Below are positions 24,149-36,687 of a DNA stretch of 64,000 nt, piece by piece. The position numbers were made by a program, and so were the translations under genes. Position 1 is the first letter of the stretch. Each line of letters begins with the position of its first letter. The DNA is from Selaginella moellendorffii (taxonomy: Eukaryota; Plantae; Lycopodiophyta): contig NW_003314276.1 of the NCBI RefSeq assembly GCF_000143415.4, positions 1,588,696 through 1,652,695 of the forward strand, in the 5' to 3' direction. The notes below the pieces were generated by a model. That model saw only the letters and a list, made by a program, of their open reading frames with translations, did no database searches and was not told the origin of the DNA.

Positions 24149-25098
24149 TTTTGGGTAGTTGATTGATGAGTTTTTATTATGCTTTTCTCATCAGCTCTCC
24201 ATGTTCATCATCTCAACTAGCTAGACACGATTCAGGCTTAGATTCAGGCTTGGATCAGCCGCCTGATCGTGAGTTGGAGTGTTAGAGGTAGAGATGATGT
24301 GGCATGTAGTTATGCCCAGGTGGCAGTAGTTCCATGTATATGTACCATCCATATACAGTTGAATACAGTGAGAGAAAGTTCTTCCTCCTCGTGCACGTCT
24401 CTCCGTTGCTAACATGGTATCGGAGCCTTGGGCTCCTTGATCTTGAGAATGGCGCTTGCTGGCCAGGAGGCCAGTGATGAGGAGGAGGATGAGCCTCCCG
24501 ATTGCAATCCCTCTTGCAATGTTTGGGACGCTTGAGGCGTTGCACCAAGGCACCAGGCTGTGTACAGGTGCTGAGCAACAAGCAGCAGCAAGCAGAGAAC
24601 AAAGCCAGTGGGAGATTGAGAGATTTCAACAACCCACATCAAGAATTGGGTCAAGATTCAAGAACATTGCATAGCAATTCTTTGCAGGAATTTCCAGCAA
24701 TTGGGAAGGATGTTTATGGAGATTCAAGTGCCTAGTCGCAAAGAAGTGGGAGCCTGGCAGTTCACGGCCAAGACCACATGCTAGAGGCAAGATTGAGACC
24801 GTAGCATGAAGCAAGAATGTGTGCAAGCAAGACCAAGACCAAGAACAAAGTTTTGGGTAGTTGATTGATGAGTTTTTCATATGCTTTTTCTCATCAGCTC
24901 TCTATGCTCATCATCTTAGACTTTCTAGGCACGATTCAGTCTTAGATCCAGGCTTGGATCAGTTGCCTTGATCGTGAGTGGGAGCGTTAGAGGTAAGATG
25001 ATGTGGCAGTAGTTATGCCCACGCGGCAATAGCTTTATGTATATGTACACAATCATATACAGTTCTTCCTCCTCGTGCGCGTCTCTCCACTGCTAACA
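24149..25098 (+). mobile_element. Miniature or internally deleted LTR retroelement (TRIM-like): repeats ~24149-24414 and 24851-25098, PBS 24415-24427
   Basis: Two diverged ~250-bp direct repeats both ending GCTAACA; TGGTATCGGAGCC (tRNA-iMet PBS) follows the first; absent from the paralogous site near 55480-55505. Confidence 0.75.
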
Positions 25099-25984
25099 GT
25101 TAGATCTATGTTGGATTTGTAAATGGGGTATATGGGTGGAAGCACCTGGTCTTGAGCTGTCTAGAAAGTGTTTTCTTGATTCATTTGGTGATAAAATGAG
25201 TTGCATGCAAGTGATTGTTTAGTCATCAAAATATCTTGAAGTGATTTGAGATTTTTAGTGTTTGGTGCAGTGATTTGAGCTAATGCACAAATTTGATTTC
25301 ATCATGGCTAAGCTTAATGCATACAAAATGCAATTGTAAGAGTCCATCTATGAGTATCATATTTACATCAAACAATATATTCATAAGTGTGAGAACATGA
25401 ACATATAGTGCAATGAAGCTCAGGTGGTAAAGGCATATATGAATTGTATGCATATGTTTTGGCTCACAAAGTTTTTGGGAAGTGCTTAAAGAAGCTGGAG
25501 ACAAAGTTATATAATTCACTCAAGAACACAAGAGGTTGCTTTAAAAAAGAACAGTGGTGTATGAGCAGGACTGTCATACAGTGTATTGGTAGAGATCTAC
25601 TCCTTCCTCTACTTAGATGCTCTCTGATGGCACTTTCAAGGAAAGTCAATAGCAGATGACCGAGAGGTTGAATCAGATAGAAATAGAGACAACTTCATTG
25701 AGGCAACAACAGACTGGCATGGCCAAGGCCAAAGATACTCTGGCCAGGGGCAAGCACCAGTTGATGTTGCTTAGGAGTAGGGCTATAACCAAATTCCACC
25801 ACTATGAGGTTACTTAGACAATACAAATGTGGGGAAACCATGCTATTGTTTCCACACCTACTCCTTGGCCACAGCAGCAAGTTTTTCAGCACAAGCCATG
25901 CACAGTTGGTCCAAAACCAAGTCAGATCAGAAAGGAAAAGCTTCAGCAGATTTAGTGAATCTCGTTCACTTCTCAGGACCACAT

Positions 25985-26180
25985 GACTTCATGGATGATC
26001 ATATTGGTTTCAACGAGAATGAGGAGTGGATTGTTGGCTCATATCTGTGGATAAGACAGTTCAAGAGTGATAATAATGGTTATCAACTCTTGCAGCAACA
26101 TAGTTGGAAGGGAGGCATGGGCCTTGGATCTTCTGGATAGGGGTGTTTATATCCGATTGAGCCAGTCACCATAGTGAATA
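25985..26180 (+). pseudogene. G-patch domain fragment (second copy ~55655-55850)
   Basis: SDNNGYQLLQQHSWKGGMGLGSSG*GCLYPIEPV fits the G-patch pattern; internal stop. Confidence 0.7.
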
Positions 26181-27676
26181 GATAGGGTGTGGGAACAGAG
26201 GTCATCTTATGTGTCCTCGACTCATAGGTGCAATATGTTGAAATGTAAACAGAGTCTCCAGACACACCAGATTCCCCCTACAACTTGGAAACATTTGCTA
26301 TCACCACACAAAGGTAGGAGGCACAATATCCATTGGTGCCACTTTTAGTAGACAATGCTTTGCCTTCATGTCAATCGGTCTCAATAAAGAAGGCTGGTTA
26401 CTACAAAGTGTAACTCAAGCTCAGCCACTAGTAGTTGTTGAGTTGAAAGCTGAAAAGCTAGTAGTCACCCAAGCTGACAAGTTGATGATGTTTTGCCATC
26501 TTTTAGATCTCACTAGGAAGAATTACAACTCCCACTTTCTATATATAAAATTATATATTATCCTCTAAGTTAAAAGGATGTCTGTAACAGCATGCCAAAC
26601 ATAGCTATGTAAACCTAGAAGCTAAATCATTAAACTTCTGAAAATAATATTATTGAGCTCTCCACACTTAGCTATTTAAAAACTGGAGACTTCATAAGAA
26701 TTTCATTAGAACAATATCAATGGAATAAAGAGTAGAGGGTAAGAGGCCATAGTGGCAAAACCATTACCCATCATTTATCATAATGTGCAATGGCTAAGAT
26801 ATTAACATTAATATTCAATGCTATGCAATCTAAACAAGCTCCTTATTAGGTGCTATGCTTAGCATTCATAGAATTAAAGACAAACCAGTCATAAAAAAGA
26901 AATTGCATAAAAACTATAAAAAAAAAAAAGGAAACCATGTTGCTGTTTGGCATAACAAATTCTTCAGTAATATAGTTGCCTTTTATGGTTAATTCTCTTA
27001 GATTGCATCATTTTTATTGACTCTTTGCTCTTGAAAAACTTAACATTCCCAATTTTCTCTTCAAAATAAAGCATCCAAACATTCTTAAGCAAGTAATTAT
27101 CATTAACAAACACAAACTCTAAAGTATAATCATGCCCTTTCCAACATAATCAAAATGAACAATGTATTTTTACCATGATTGTATTTATAATATTGATTGA
27201 TTGTGAAAATTTAAGATATTTCTTTGAAACATAAAAAGGTTGACTAAGAGTTATATTTTATTTCCTTTTAAAGTGAAATAATACATATATTTGGAAAAAA
27301 ACAATAAATTAAAAGAAACAACATTTTCTAAACTGTAAGTATTCTATATTATTGACATGATTTTATTCCTCCATTTTCTTATATTTTGTATACTGATATA
27401 ACCATTTCCAGGTGCATGCTTCAAGTCTCCAACTTTTGCAGAAAAAAGGGGGAGAAAGAGAAGAAAGGAGGAGGATAAACAGATCACACGAGATGAGCTA
27501 TTGATCACAAGCAGCACGGAGCTCCAGAGCATGCATCAGGAGCACTAGGGAGGAAACCCTAGAAGGAGCGAGAGAAACAAAGAGAGATACCTCACGCATT
27601 CGTATCGGGCGCTTGGCCCAGCGCTCGTGAAATTGCCCAAGGAGGAAAATAAAAGTAATAGACGAGACTAAGTAAT

Positions 27677-28560
27677 TCATATTATAAAAAGAAACACAGC
27701 GAAGGTGTAAATTTTACGAAATTTGCTAGATCGGAATTTATCTGAAATGACTGCTTTCCCTGTAGTAGATAAATTCAAAATGGCTGTAGATAAAGACTTC
27801 TCCTCCACAAATAAAACAGCTCCATTCAAACAAATAGCATTGCATTCTTTACCAACACCTTTAGCCAGATTTTCACCTCCAACATCACCACCTGTTTCTC
27901 CTTGCATATACCATAGCTGCATGCTGTTTTTGAATTGAGTGCAGCACAACACACCTGTCCGACCATGGCAGGAAACACATAAACCATGATTCCTGTGTAG
28001 CCGCTCATCCCATGGCCAAGTCTGCTTTAATTCAAACCTCAACCCTTCCAAATCCAAAGTGAACAGACCAACATACTCTGGATCATTCAAATTCTTGTAG
28101 TGACCACAAAGCAAATACAAAGTAGCGTTGCCCACCATTTCCCCCATATTCTCCAACTGACACCAATCCAATGGTGTGCTAGCAGCCCTCCAGCATCCCA
28201 GTCTCGAGTTGTGTATATGAGCTGTTGTAAACATTGTGTAGACACTTCTCACCTTACCTCTGATCTCAACTTTTTTTTCTTCACAAGAACGACTTTTTAC
28301 AAAGCAGACTGTGTATTCCTTGAAGTCTTGACTGATGCCCATGCAAGAGGATGAAATCAGCCCTTTAGCCCTGAGATCTGGGAACGCTCTAAAGCATCCA
28401 GTGACTGGATTGCCTACTAGGACCTGGTTCCCTTTCAAAAAGCAGAGCAATCCACCAGCACTTCCTATAAGAAACCCCCCCCTGTGGGCACACTTCCATC
28501 TCTATCCACTTGAAGGCGTTGCTGTTGTTAAATGGGTTGCCCCTGAACATCCTTCCTACT
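27677..28560 (-). pseudogene. F-box family copy B: F-box motif deleted, G-run frameshift
   Basis: Body homologous to copies A and C; upstream sequence joins directly to GRMFRGN; run of 8 G versus 7 in A and C. Confidence 0.8.
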
Positions 28561-29034
28561 ACCCTGATCGGCACTGACGAAAGAAAAAACGAAGAAAAAC
28601 AACTCTGCATGAGTTTTTTAAACTGGGATGAGAAGGAAAAAAGGGGAAAAAGAGAAGAAAGGAGGGAGGATCCAAGCTCACAAATCAGGAATGCACAAGA
28701 GGTAAGAGGAAACAAGATGCATTCTGGACAGGATCAGTGAGAGTGGCATCAACCTTCGGGTTCTACAAAAATTTCCAATACATTTAGAATATGCCTGGAT
28801 ATTATACATTTATATTAATCTTATGTTTATAATTTATAAACCTTTAAAAACACTTCTAGGTATATTCTAGCATATTTTATGATCTAACGGTTAGAATGTA
28901 CTTAGATTAGGTTATAATGTAAAGAAATGAATATATTTGAAAGTCAAGCCAAGTAGGCCTATTGCCCATAACCTCATAGATTATGTACAAATGCAACAAA
29001 AAGATATAATGCTTGATTCTTAGACTTTTATTAC

Positions 29035-29240
29035 ACTTACGAGTGCATCGTAGATCTGCTGGCGCAGTCTGGGAGGCTGGAGGAGGCTGAGGAGTTAGTG
29101 AGATCCAGGCGCAGATGAAGATCTTTGGCACATGCTAGCTCCAAAACGATTGCGCTAGATTCATGAGAGCTGTTGAGTTTGCCCTTGATGGCAGGAAATC
29201 TGGTCTCTATATCCTGCTTGCCAACATTTGTTCTAGCGTA
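29035..29240 (+). pseudogene. PPR last-repeat/E-domain fragment
   Basis: TYECIVDLLAQSGRLEEAEELV followed by frameshifted GLYILLANICS. Confidence 0.7.
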
Positions 29241-29601
29241 ATTTTCAGTAATAAGTGATTTATCCACGTATTCCATGCCCAGCATATGCTGCGCAGTTAG
29301 TAAACACTTGTTATAACTTTTTTAAAATGAAAACTAAATTAAATAATATTAAAATAAAAAATATTGAATTCCACTTTGATTGAGGAAATAACTATAAGGG
29401 TGTGCTTCCTCAAAGGAAATTATCAAATTCGTTAGAAGGAATTATCAAGATCCAGGTGACACAGCAGCTAATCTCCACTAGTCAACACTTTGCACATAAC
29501 ATGTGTCACAGCACCTTCTTTTATTGGCTCCATGCAATTGACCACCTCCCATTGGCTAAGAGCAAACATTATTATTATTATTCATCCATCCATTTGAGCA
29601 C

Positions 29602-29819
29602 GTGATTCCTGGGAACAGTGTCGTGTTGATCGATGCGCGAACGCCACCGGGTCCATTGCTCAGAACGCCATTCTTGAACACATCTCGCAGCACGAAATTG
29701 CCAAGAGCTCCCGTCCCCTCGAAATCTCGTAGCGGGTCGGGGTCGGCAGCGCTCACAAACACATTCGCGGGGGCAGCGCCCAGGATCATTACCACCAGCA
29801 CCAACTTCTTGGACTCCAT
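29602..29819 (-). pseudogene. Germin-like protein, isolated exon 1
   Basis: MESKKLVLVVMILGAA..SAADPDPLRDF..FVLRDVFKNG..FPGI, homologous to exon 1 at 43414; no downstream exons follow. Confidence 0.8.
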
Positions 29820-32800
29820 CGCTCGAGATCTAGCGAAAAGAAGATTATCTCGTCTCCTTGTTCTTCAGAAACTTCGATTCAGAAAGAGAACGAGAGGGGG
29901 CGAATGATGATAAATCTGCGAAGAGTGTTAATTTGTTTCGTAAGGAAAAGATTTAGAAACGTAACCAGATTGGCAATTGAGACTACGCGTGTTTTGGAGA
30001 GTTTTTAATCTCTGACTTTGAGACTTATATAAACCCCAGGTAAAACTATGACCAGGTCTCACTCACGTTCCAAATCGTAGATTTTACGAATGGATACATA
30101 CTCACAAGTTCTTACAAGCCAATCCTTTGATTGTTTTAGATGGAAACTTCCACAATAAAAAACATGACGTAGAGTCTTTGGTACATACAAGGAGACACAC
30201 TTGTGAGATACGGGAAATATTTTCTCCTCTTTTTTGTTCGCTCGATGTGCTGTCTGTCATAATCTATAACTAGTGGAAGAATTATCGCAAAAGCAAAACA
30301 GAGAAGAAGATAGCTACGCAAGAATCAGGCTGAACTCTCTCCATCGAATCCGTACGTGTCCTCCACGCAAACCTGGAGAGAAACTTTAGCTCAAAGTTTT
30401 GTTACCTTTTCCCCAGGATACACCGTCTTGGATGACGCACTTCTCTTGAGTTCCAGAACAATCATATATTTCTCACGACAGGCTTCTAGGGAGGAGACGT
30501 TACTGTTTAAATCAGTGAAAATTAGTAGACCATAGATCAATCTCAGCTTAGCATCCCCAGCTTCTCCAGCGATGCGTCTTTCTTGGAAAATCCAATGACA
30601 CATCACCCGGAGAAACTCCACAACGTCGGACTTTGGAGAGCGGATCCGCCACACCCAAACAATCCGGCCATGATTCTTTAAGTGGCCTTCCCTTCCGAAT
30701 ATTCTTGTAACGAGTTTTGCAATGGTTTTAACTCGTACCAGCGAATTGCTTGGAGATTTGTGCTGCCGGGTGGATAGAGGAGCTTGATCAGGTCACGCAA
30801 CAGAATGGTTTCTATCGAGAAAATCCAGAAGCAGCTTTCGACTTGGTACTCTGAAAGTCGATACAAGCATTCTCTGTTTCCTTTACTTTCTTTAAATCCA
30901 GGTGATCACTTTGCAAAGTGTGTCGAGTTCGTGCATCGTTTAGCTTAGTTGGAGGGAATCGATTCCATTTTCTACTCCCAGCTAGTTTTGACAATTGGAA
31001 ACGAGCGAGAAACTGTTGCATAGGGTTCACAGGAAAAGGATCTCCGTGCAGTCTCCGTGAAGCTTTTGCTCTAAAGTGGAAGCAACTCAGGTAATATAAA
31101 GTATTGTTGGTGCTGATTGTGGGTCACCATCACCACCATTAATGATGCGAGGAATGGCGGACCATGGGGGAGTGATGTAGGTTTAGTCCCATGCTCCTCA
31201 GTCGGACACACATGATTGTGACAGTGAAAAAGTGGTTCATTTATACGCTTCTTACATGGAATTCTTTTTCTTCTTTTTGCCTTTGTACAATTACAGATTG
31301 CAAGCTGGCCTAAAATCTTCACTAATGATTTCGTGTATCTAATCTCGAAATATAACATGGTGTCAAAGTTGGTGTAACCAACAAGGTTGATACCCATTCA
31401 GACTATTACATGGTGGAGGCGTTCATCAAGGGAAAATCTATGGTTGGGAAATTTTTAATGCGAATGGAAGTCAGAGTGCAAAGAATGCCAATAGCAAGAG
31501 CTAAAGCCTCGTATAGAATGGATGAAGAACAGCCATGGCTCAGATACTATTCACGCTTGTAGTACTTCCCCAAGACTGGGCCCAAGAACACATGACGTGA
31601 GCAAGGTCCCCAATTTGAAGATCACCTGAATACTTTTTCTTTTCGTCTCTAGAGAAGTACTACAAGCGTGATTAGTATCTGAGACATGGCTGTCAGCACG
31701 TTGTAAAATTGTCACATTGTTGTGTACAATTGGATGCTATACAATTGTTGGTGAGGCTTGTTTTAGATCTTAAGGCCCAACTAAGAATCCAAGTACAAAC
31801 TTTGTTTTCATAACAAATTTGATTCTCAAATCTCAAGATTATGTTTGACTTAATCAGATTGTATCAGAGTAAATTTAAATTCAAAAGTCGACAAAAAAGT
31901 CATCAAAACTTTTGAAACTTTATTCCTTGGAGGAAGGCCAAAGCTTTGGGTAATTTGGTCAGCAAATATGAAGGTGTACTTCAAGGCTAGCCTATATGCA
32001 TTTCCATTAATCATGGTCGTCATTGCATTTGCTGCCAAAAAGTGTGGGAGTAGTTACCATTATTACGCTTTAGCTGTCTCTTTAATAGTTAAATATATTA
32101 AACAGTATTAGAGTATTTTTACAAAAAATCATCACTATAATTTATTGAAGTCACTGTTACATATAATATCATAGCTGCTTGTGAAGAATCAAATGGATTT
32201 GCAACTGCTTGCTTAAAGGAATTGAGATTCAGAATAACATCTTAATCTCTTATAATTCAACACATGGTCATGCACCACCAAACATAATCCTAACAATGGT
32301 CATGATAATTATTGTATGGCGGGCAATCAAGGCATCCTAGTGAATACTCATAAGCAAGTGCTTAATTGTTAATGACAATATGCCGTGATCACTTAACTCT
32401 TTTTAATAAGTATCACATCATATAATGAAGCTAAAAATAGGAAGCCTTGCCACATCAAAGAGCTTCACTATAATACTATGTAAATTCATATGGGTTAATT
32501 TTATAACTTACTACTGCTAAAGTATAGGCACCACAACTGGAGTCGGTCACATTTTTCTTTGGCATTTATCCTCTCGAATATTCTTGTGAAGCGGCAATGT
32601 AGGGTTTTGTGGCCGGGAGCCATGGCGGAGCCGCATTCTTCTTGGGAATTTCTGAAGCTCTTGCCGGAAAGGTATGCGCATTTTGTTTCCAATCCTCGAT
32701 TCAGTGGGTTGATTAGTCTGAAACGGGACGTAGGATTTGTGATTGCCAGCCCGCCACTGCTGCTGGATTCCGACGAGGTTTGCTTTCTAGTGCTTTTAAA

Positions 32801-32914
32801 GAAATGGTACTGATTATTCGAGCTCGCAGATCTGAGGCGCCGCGCTCCTCCACCAATTCCCGAGCTGATCAATTGGAGCGCGCGCCTCGCGGATCCGAAT
32901 TTGGTGGAGGAAAC

Positions 32915-33759
32915 ATGGCGTTCGCAGTGAGGCAGCAAAAATGTAAGTCTTGCGAGAAGACAGTGTATCTGGTAGATCAGCTAAGCGCCGATGGGGTGCT
33001 CTATCACAAGGCGTGCTTTCGATGCCAGGATTGCAAGGGAACGCTCAAAGTAATGTTTTTGGCCATCGTTTTCCCATTTCTTCTTTCTTAACAAACATTC
33101 CTTGTGAATTTTTTTTTTCCTTTTCAGCTTAGCAACTATGCATCGTTGGACTTGTATTGCAAGCCACATTTGGAGGAGCTCTTCAGAAAGACTGGAAGTT
33201 TTGACATGAGTTTCGACGGCGGTAAAGTCTTTCTTGATGAAGAAAAATGGCATTCTTATGGTGTTGCTTTCCTTCCACTCTTTTCCTTTGCAGTTGGAAT
33301 GCCGAAAAATTCGCTCAAACAAGAACGTGAACGTGAAACGGTTCGTCTTAGTCGTTCGTGAGTTTAGACATGGAACAGAGAAAAGCTTCACTGAAAACGA
33401 TAACTTCTCCTTCTGTGCAGGTCCCCTCGAAGCCAGTCGTGAGCAAGCTGAGTAGATTGTTTTCTGGAACTCAAGAGAAATGCGTCAGCTGCTCCAAGAC
33501 GGTGTACCCTCTCGAAAGGTGAGAGAAACTTCGAGAAAAGCCGTGGAGGTAAAGCTTTTCTCTGCTGGTTTCCAGGTTAGTGTGGAGGGTCAATCTTATC
33601 ACAAGTCTTGCTTCAAATGCATGCATGGAGGTTGCCCTCAAACTACACAGCCCTGGAAGGTATGCTGTATTGCAAGCACCACTATTCACAGCTCTTCAAG
33701 GAGAAAGGAAACTATAACCAGCTTACCAAAGCAACGTTGATGAAACTCTTGGCCAAAAT
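32915..33759 (+). pseudogene. Two-LIM-domain protein (WLIM/PLIM type), frameshifted and cut at its 3' end by an LTR element
   Basis: QQKCKSCEKTVYLVDQLSADGVLYHKACFRC, FSGTQEKCVSCSKTVYPLE, YHKSCFKCMHGGC, LYCKHHYSQLFKEKGNYNQL; small deletions/frameshifts near 33150, 33518 and 33636. Confidence 0.82.
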
Positions 33760-36687
33760 TGTTGCGAATGTGACTTTGGGTATCAAAGTTATTTGTTGTT
33801 TTCCCCGCCAGCATGGGGATAAAACACTTTAGGTCATTCAAATAATTAGTATGGTACCTCGTATTAATAATAAATGGGGTTATTGATCTTTGGTGGCACC
33901 TATAAATTTGGATTTCACATCAGCTAGTCTTTTTAGATATTCTTTCCTTATTATCACAATGGCAAGAGGTTGGTATTGTTGGACCCTTTATTAGTTATTT
34001 TTATGTTAGTAGAGTTAATTGGGCATTTCGAGTGTATTTAGACCGGACGAGCACAAGAATAGAATTTTTACATGTTATTAACTAAGCATATTTAGCTCAG
34101 TAAAGAGTTCTTCTTGTTATGTTTTGCACTAGTTGCATATTGAGACTAGTCCTTTAATATTGCTGAATGATAATTTATCATGTGTGCCAAACACCCTCAC
34201 TATCATGCCTTTTGCATTCTGGTCCCAAATACTATTTATGAAATACTATATACTCATTTAGCATATTAACGGAATGTAGAGATTGTTTTGAACACAATAG
34301 TATTTGTCCCATGTCTAAATTCACAATCTAGAGACATTCCATATTTAGTAAGTTTTGAATTTGTCCTAGAGACTAACTCCTGGTATTAAGGGTGGCCTGG
34401 GGTTGAAAGCCCAAAGCATGTGTTCTTCTAGAGGGGGTTGTTGGTGGTTCCAAATATATAGTAGAGATAAGGGGTAGGTCAGGCATGGCCAACCAACTTG
34501 AGGCATAGTCTAGCTCCCGCTTGCGTGTATATTCTTGTTCTGCATTTGACTTGGGTCTAAGCCCAAGTTCTATACTATGCTAGTTGGTGGAGTACCCATA
34601 TCCTCGTGTTAAACCACCAGTATGCTGAAATAGTGCTAAACTCTATTTGGCTCTGTTTTGTATGTTGGTCTTAGCATTTGGATGTTGGATGCTCTAGGAC
34701 TATTCCAAGTCGCTCCACGCTCATGTTCCTTTGCTCCTTGGGTTGTACACTTGGGAGTTGTTCCATGTTTTAATGTCATCACTCCTTAGCTCCATGCTTA
34801 GGAGTTTGGCACCATTTCTTTGTTCAATGGCACAAGGTCTTGAAACTTAAGTTTTGTACCACTGTCCTTTGGACATGTGGTATGTCACACGTGGCACATA
34901 AAAGGTTTAAGTTCTACTTTGTGGTTATCTTATGGTAAATCACCATAAGATAAAGGGTAAAAACCATGTGCCCTACATTTGGTATCAAAGAATGAGTTTT
35001 AGCAAGTACTATATAATGAGATTGGGCAACAACCTCGTTGCATACACAAAGATGAAAACGATGGTTTGAATGGGTACACATTTGGGTGCTAAGTCACATT
35101 CGTTTTTTGGGTATGGATTTTGGTTACCTTTCATCCTAGATTATATGAGCTTTCGCTTGGGCTCATAAATTGGATATAAGATGTTACGTTTGCACGAGTT
35201 TGCGTTTGGGCTTGTAAGTGGGGCACATTAGCAACTCAAGGTTACACTTTGAGTTGGCAAGATTAATATTAGCCTATTAGTGATTTCATGAGTTGTTTTG
35301 GTGGTTCTATAAGTTGTTCCATATACCATGGGTGAAAGTAAACACCTTCTTTGGGTTTATAATGAGTGGCAAATAGGTTGGTCCATAGCTATTTAGTATG
35401 GCACTAGTGGATCCTTCTTAAGTATGATTATAAGTGGATCAATCAAGATTGTAGAGATGAGTCTATTGATTCAAGTAATTATTGCCGTACTCTCTCATAA
35501 ATTTTTCTTGGATTATACTGAAGGTAGTGTAAAAGCAAACTTGAGGTTTAGTCAAAGATGAGTCCGAAAAGAGAGTCATTAGGGATGAAAGATCAAACAC
35601 ATAAATCATTTTCTTTTCTTGGAGAAATGATTTGCAATGAGGTGTGACTCATTGTTCGTGTTCACATCGTGCAATCAAGAGACCTTACCTTAATTCATGT
35701 TAAAAATGATGGTTTTACAAGTGGTGAGTTATGGGATGGATAGCAGTGAAATGCTAAACCATTTTGTCTAAGCTTGCTATTGAAAAACTTGGGTTATAAT
35801 GCTCAATTCTTTTTTGAAAAACCTTGGTATTGCTCCTTGAGTAGCTTGGTGTTAGATTAGTTTTGAGTTTGGTCCGAAAGAAAGTGGCATAAACTTATCC
35901 ATGTTGTGAACAAAAGTTAGTGGTGTTGGGTGTTGTAAATCTCTATCGGTAGGGTGTGGCATTTATGTTGTATTTTGTTGAATCGAGTTGGCACTTGAAA
36001 TTCACATAAACATTTAAAGTAATAACATAGGCATTGCTCGTGATGTTGCTCAATTGATAATCAAATCATTGTGATTTTATATCATATCCATGTGATAATG
36101 AGTAATGTGTTTACGAAGTTGCTTGGTTAAACAATTATCAACCCCAAAATAGTTGATAGTGAAGCTAATCTACTTGCACATAGTAGTATTGTAGTAGTTT
36201 TGATTGGATTTTCAATGGTGATCAATGATATACTAAGTTGGTACCTTGTTTCCTTGAGAGTTGCCCATAATGTATTGAAAAGGGTTATATCATTCACTTG
36301 CTATGGCTTGTCGGTTGATCGGTTAGCACTTGAAATAAATTGTTGGATGGAGAAGATGTGTAGTTAAGGCATTGACATCACTAACACTTATGTTACTAGA
36401 AGTGGTATTGTTATTTTGAGTGATAAGGAATTTTCTTTAGATTCTAATTTTCCATATCAATTTTCTTAGACTGAGAGTATTTTGTATTCTTAGATTGAGA
36501 GTCATTTTTTTTCTAGGATGGAAAATTTTCCACAAATTTTCTTATGCTTTTCTAATGGCTGATTTGTCGGTCACTTTGCTCAAAAACCATTCCATTTTCA
36601 TAAGCCAATACAAACTAATGAAAGGGTTAGAGTTGACTTCAGTTAACTTAGACTTTAGTATGTAGTTTGTATGATGCGGCTTGAAAG

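Larger units (their letters stand above)
18797..28600 (+). repeat. Segmental duplication copy 1 (CYP - PICKLE fragment - G-patch fragment - F-box); copy 2 at ~51167-58640
   Basis: Collinear high similarity from CATA..TGAGCTG.TTCCACA through the CYP gene and F-box, with indels. Confidence 0.9.

Noticed and set aside
24415-24427. tRNA genes at TGGTATC(A/G)(A/G)AG motifs (also 34980 and 45140)
   Set aside because: These are retroelement primer-binding sites complementary to the tRNA-iMet 3' end; no cloverleaf.
16610-28600. A giant TIR (Pack-MULE-like) transposon defined by the inverted F-box arms
   Set aside because: The arms are genic sequence, the outer ends are not sharply defined, no TSD was found, and arm A resembles the distant copy C more than B.
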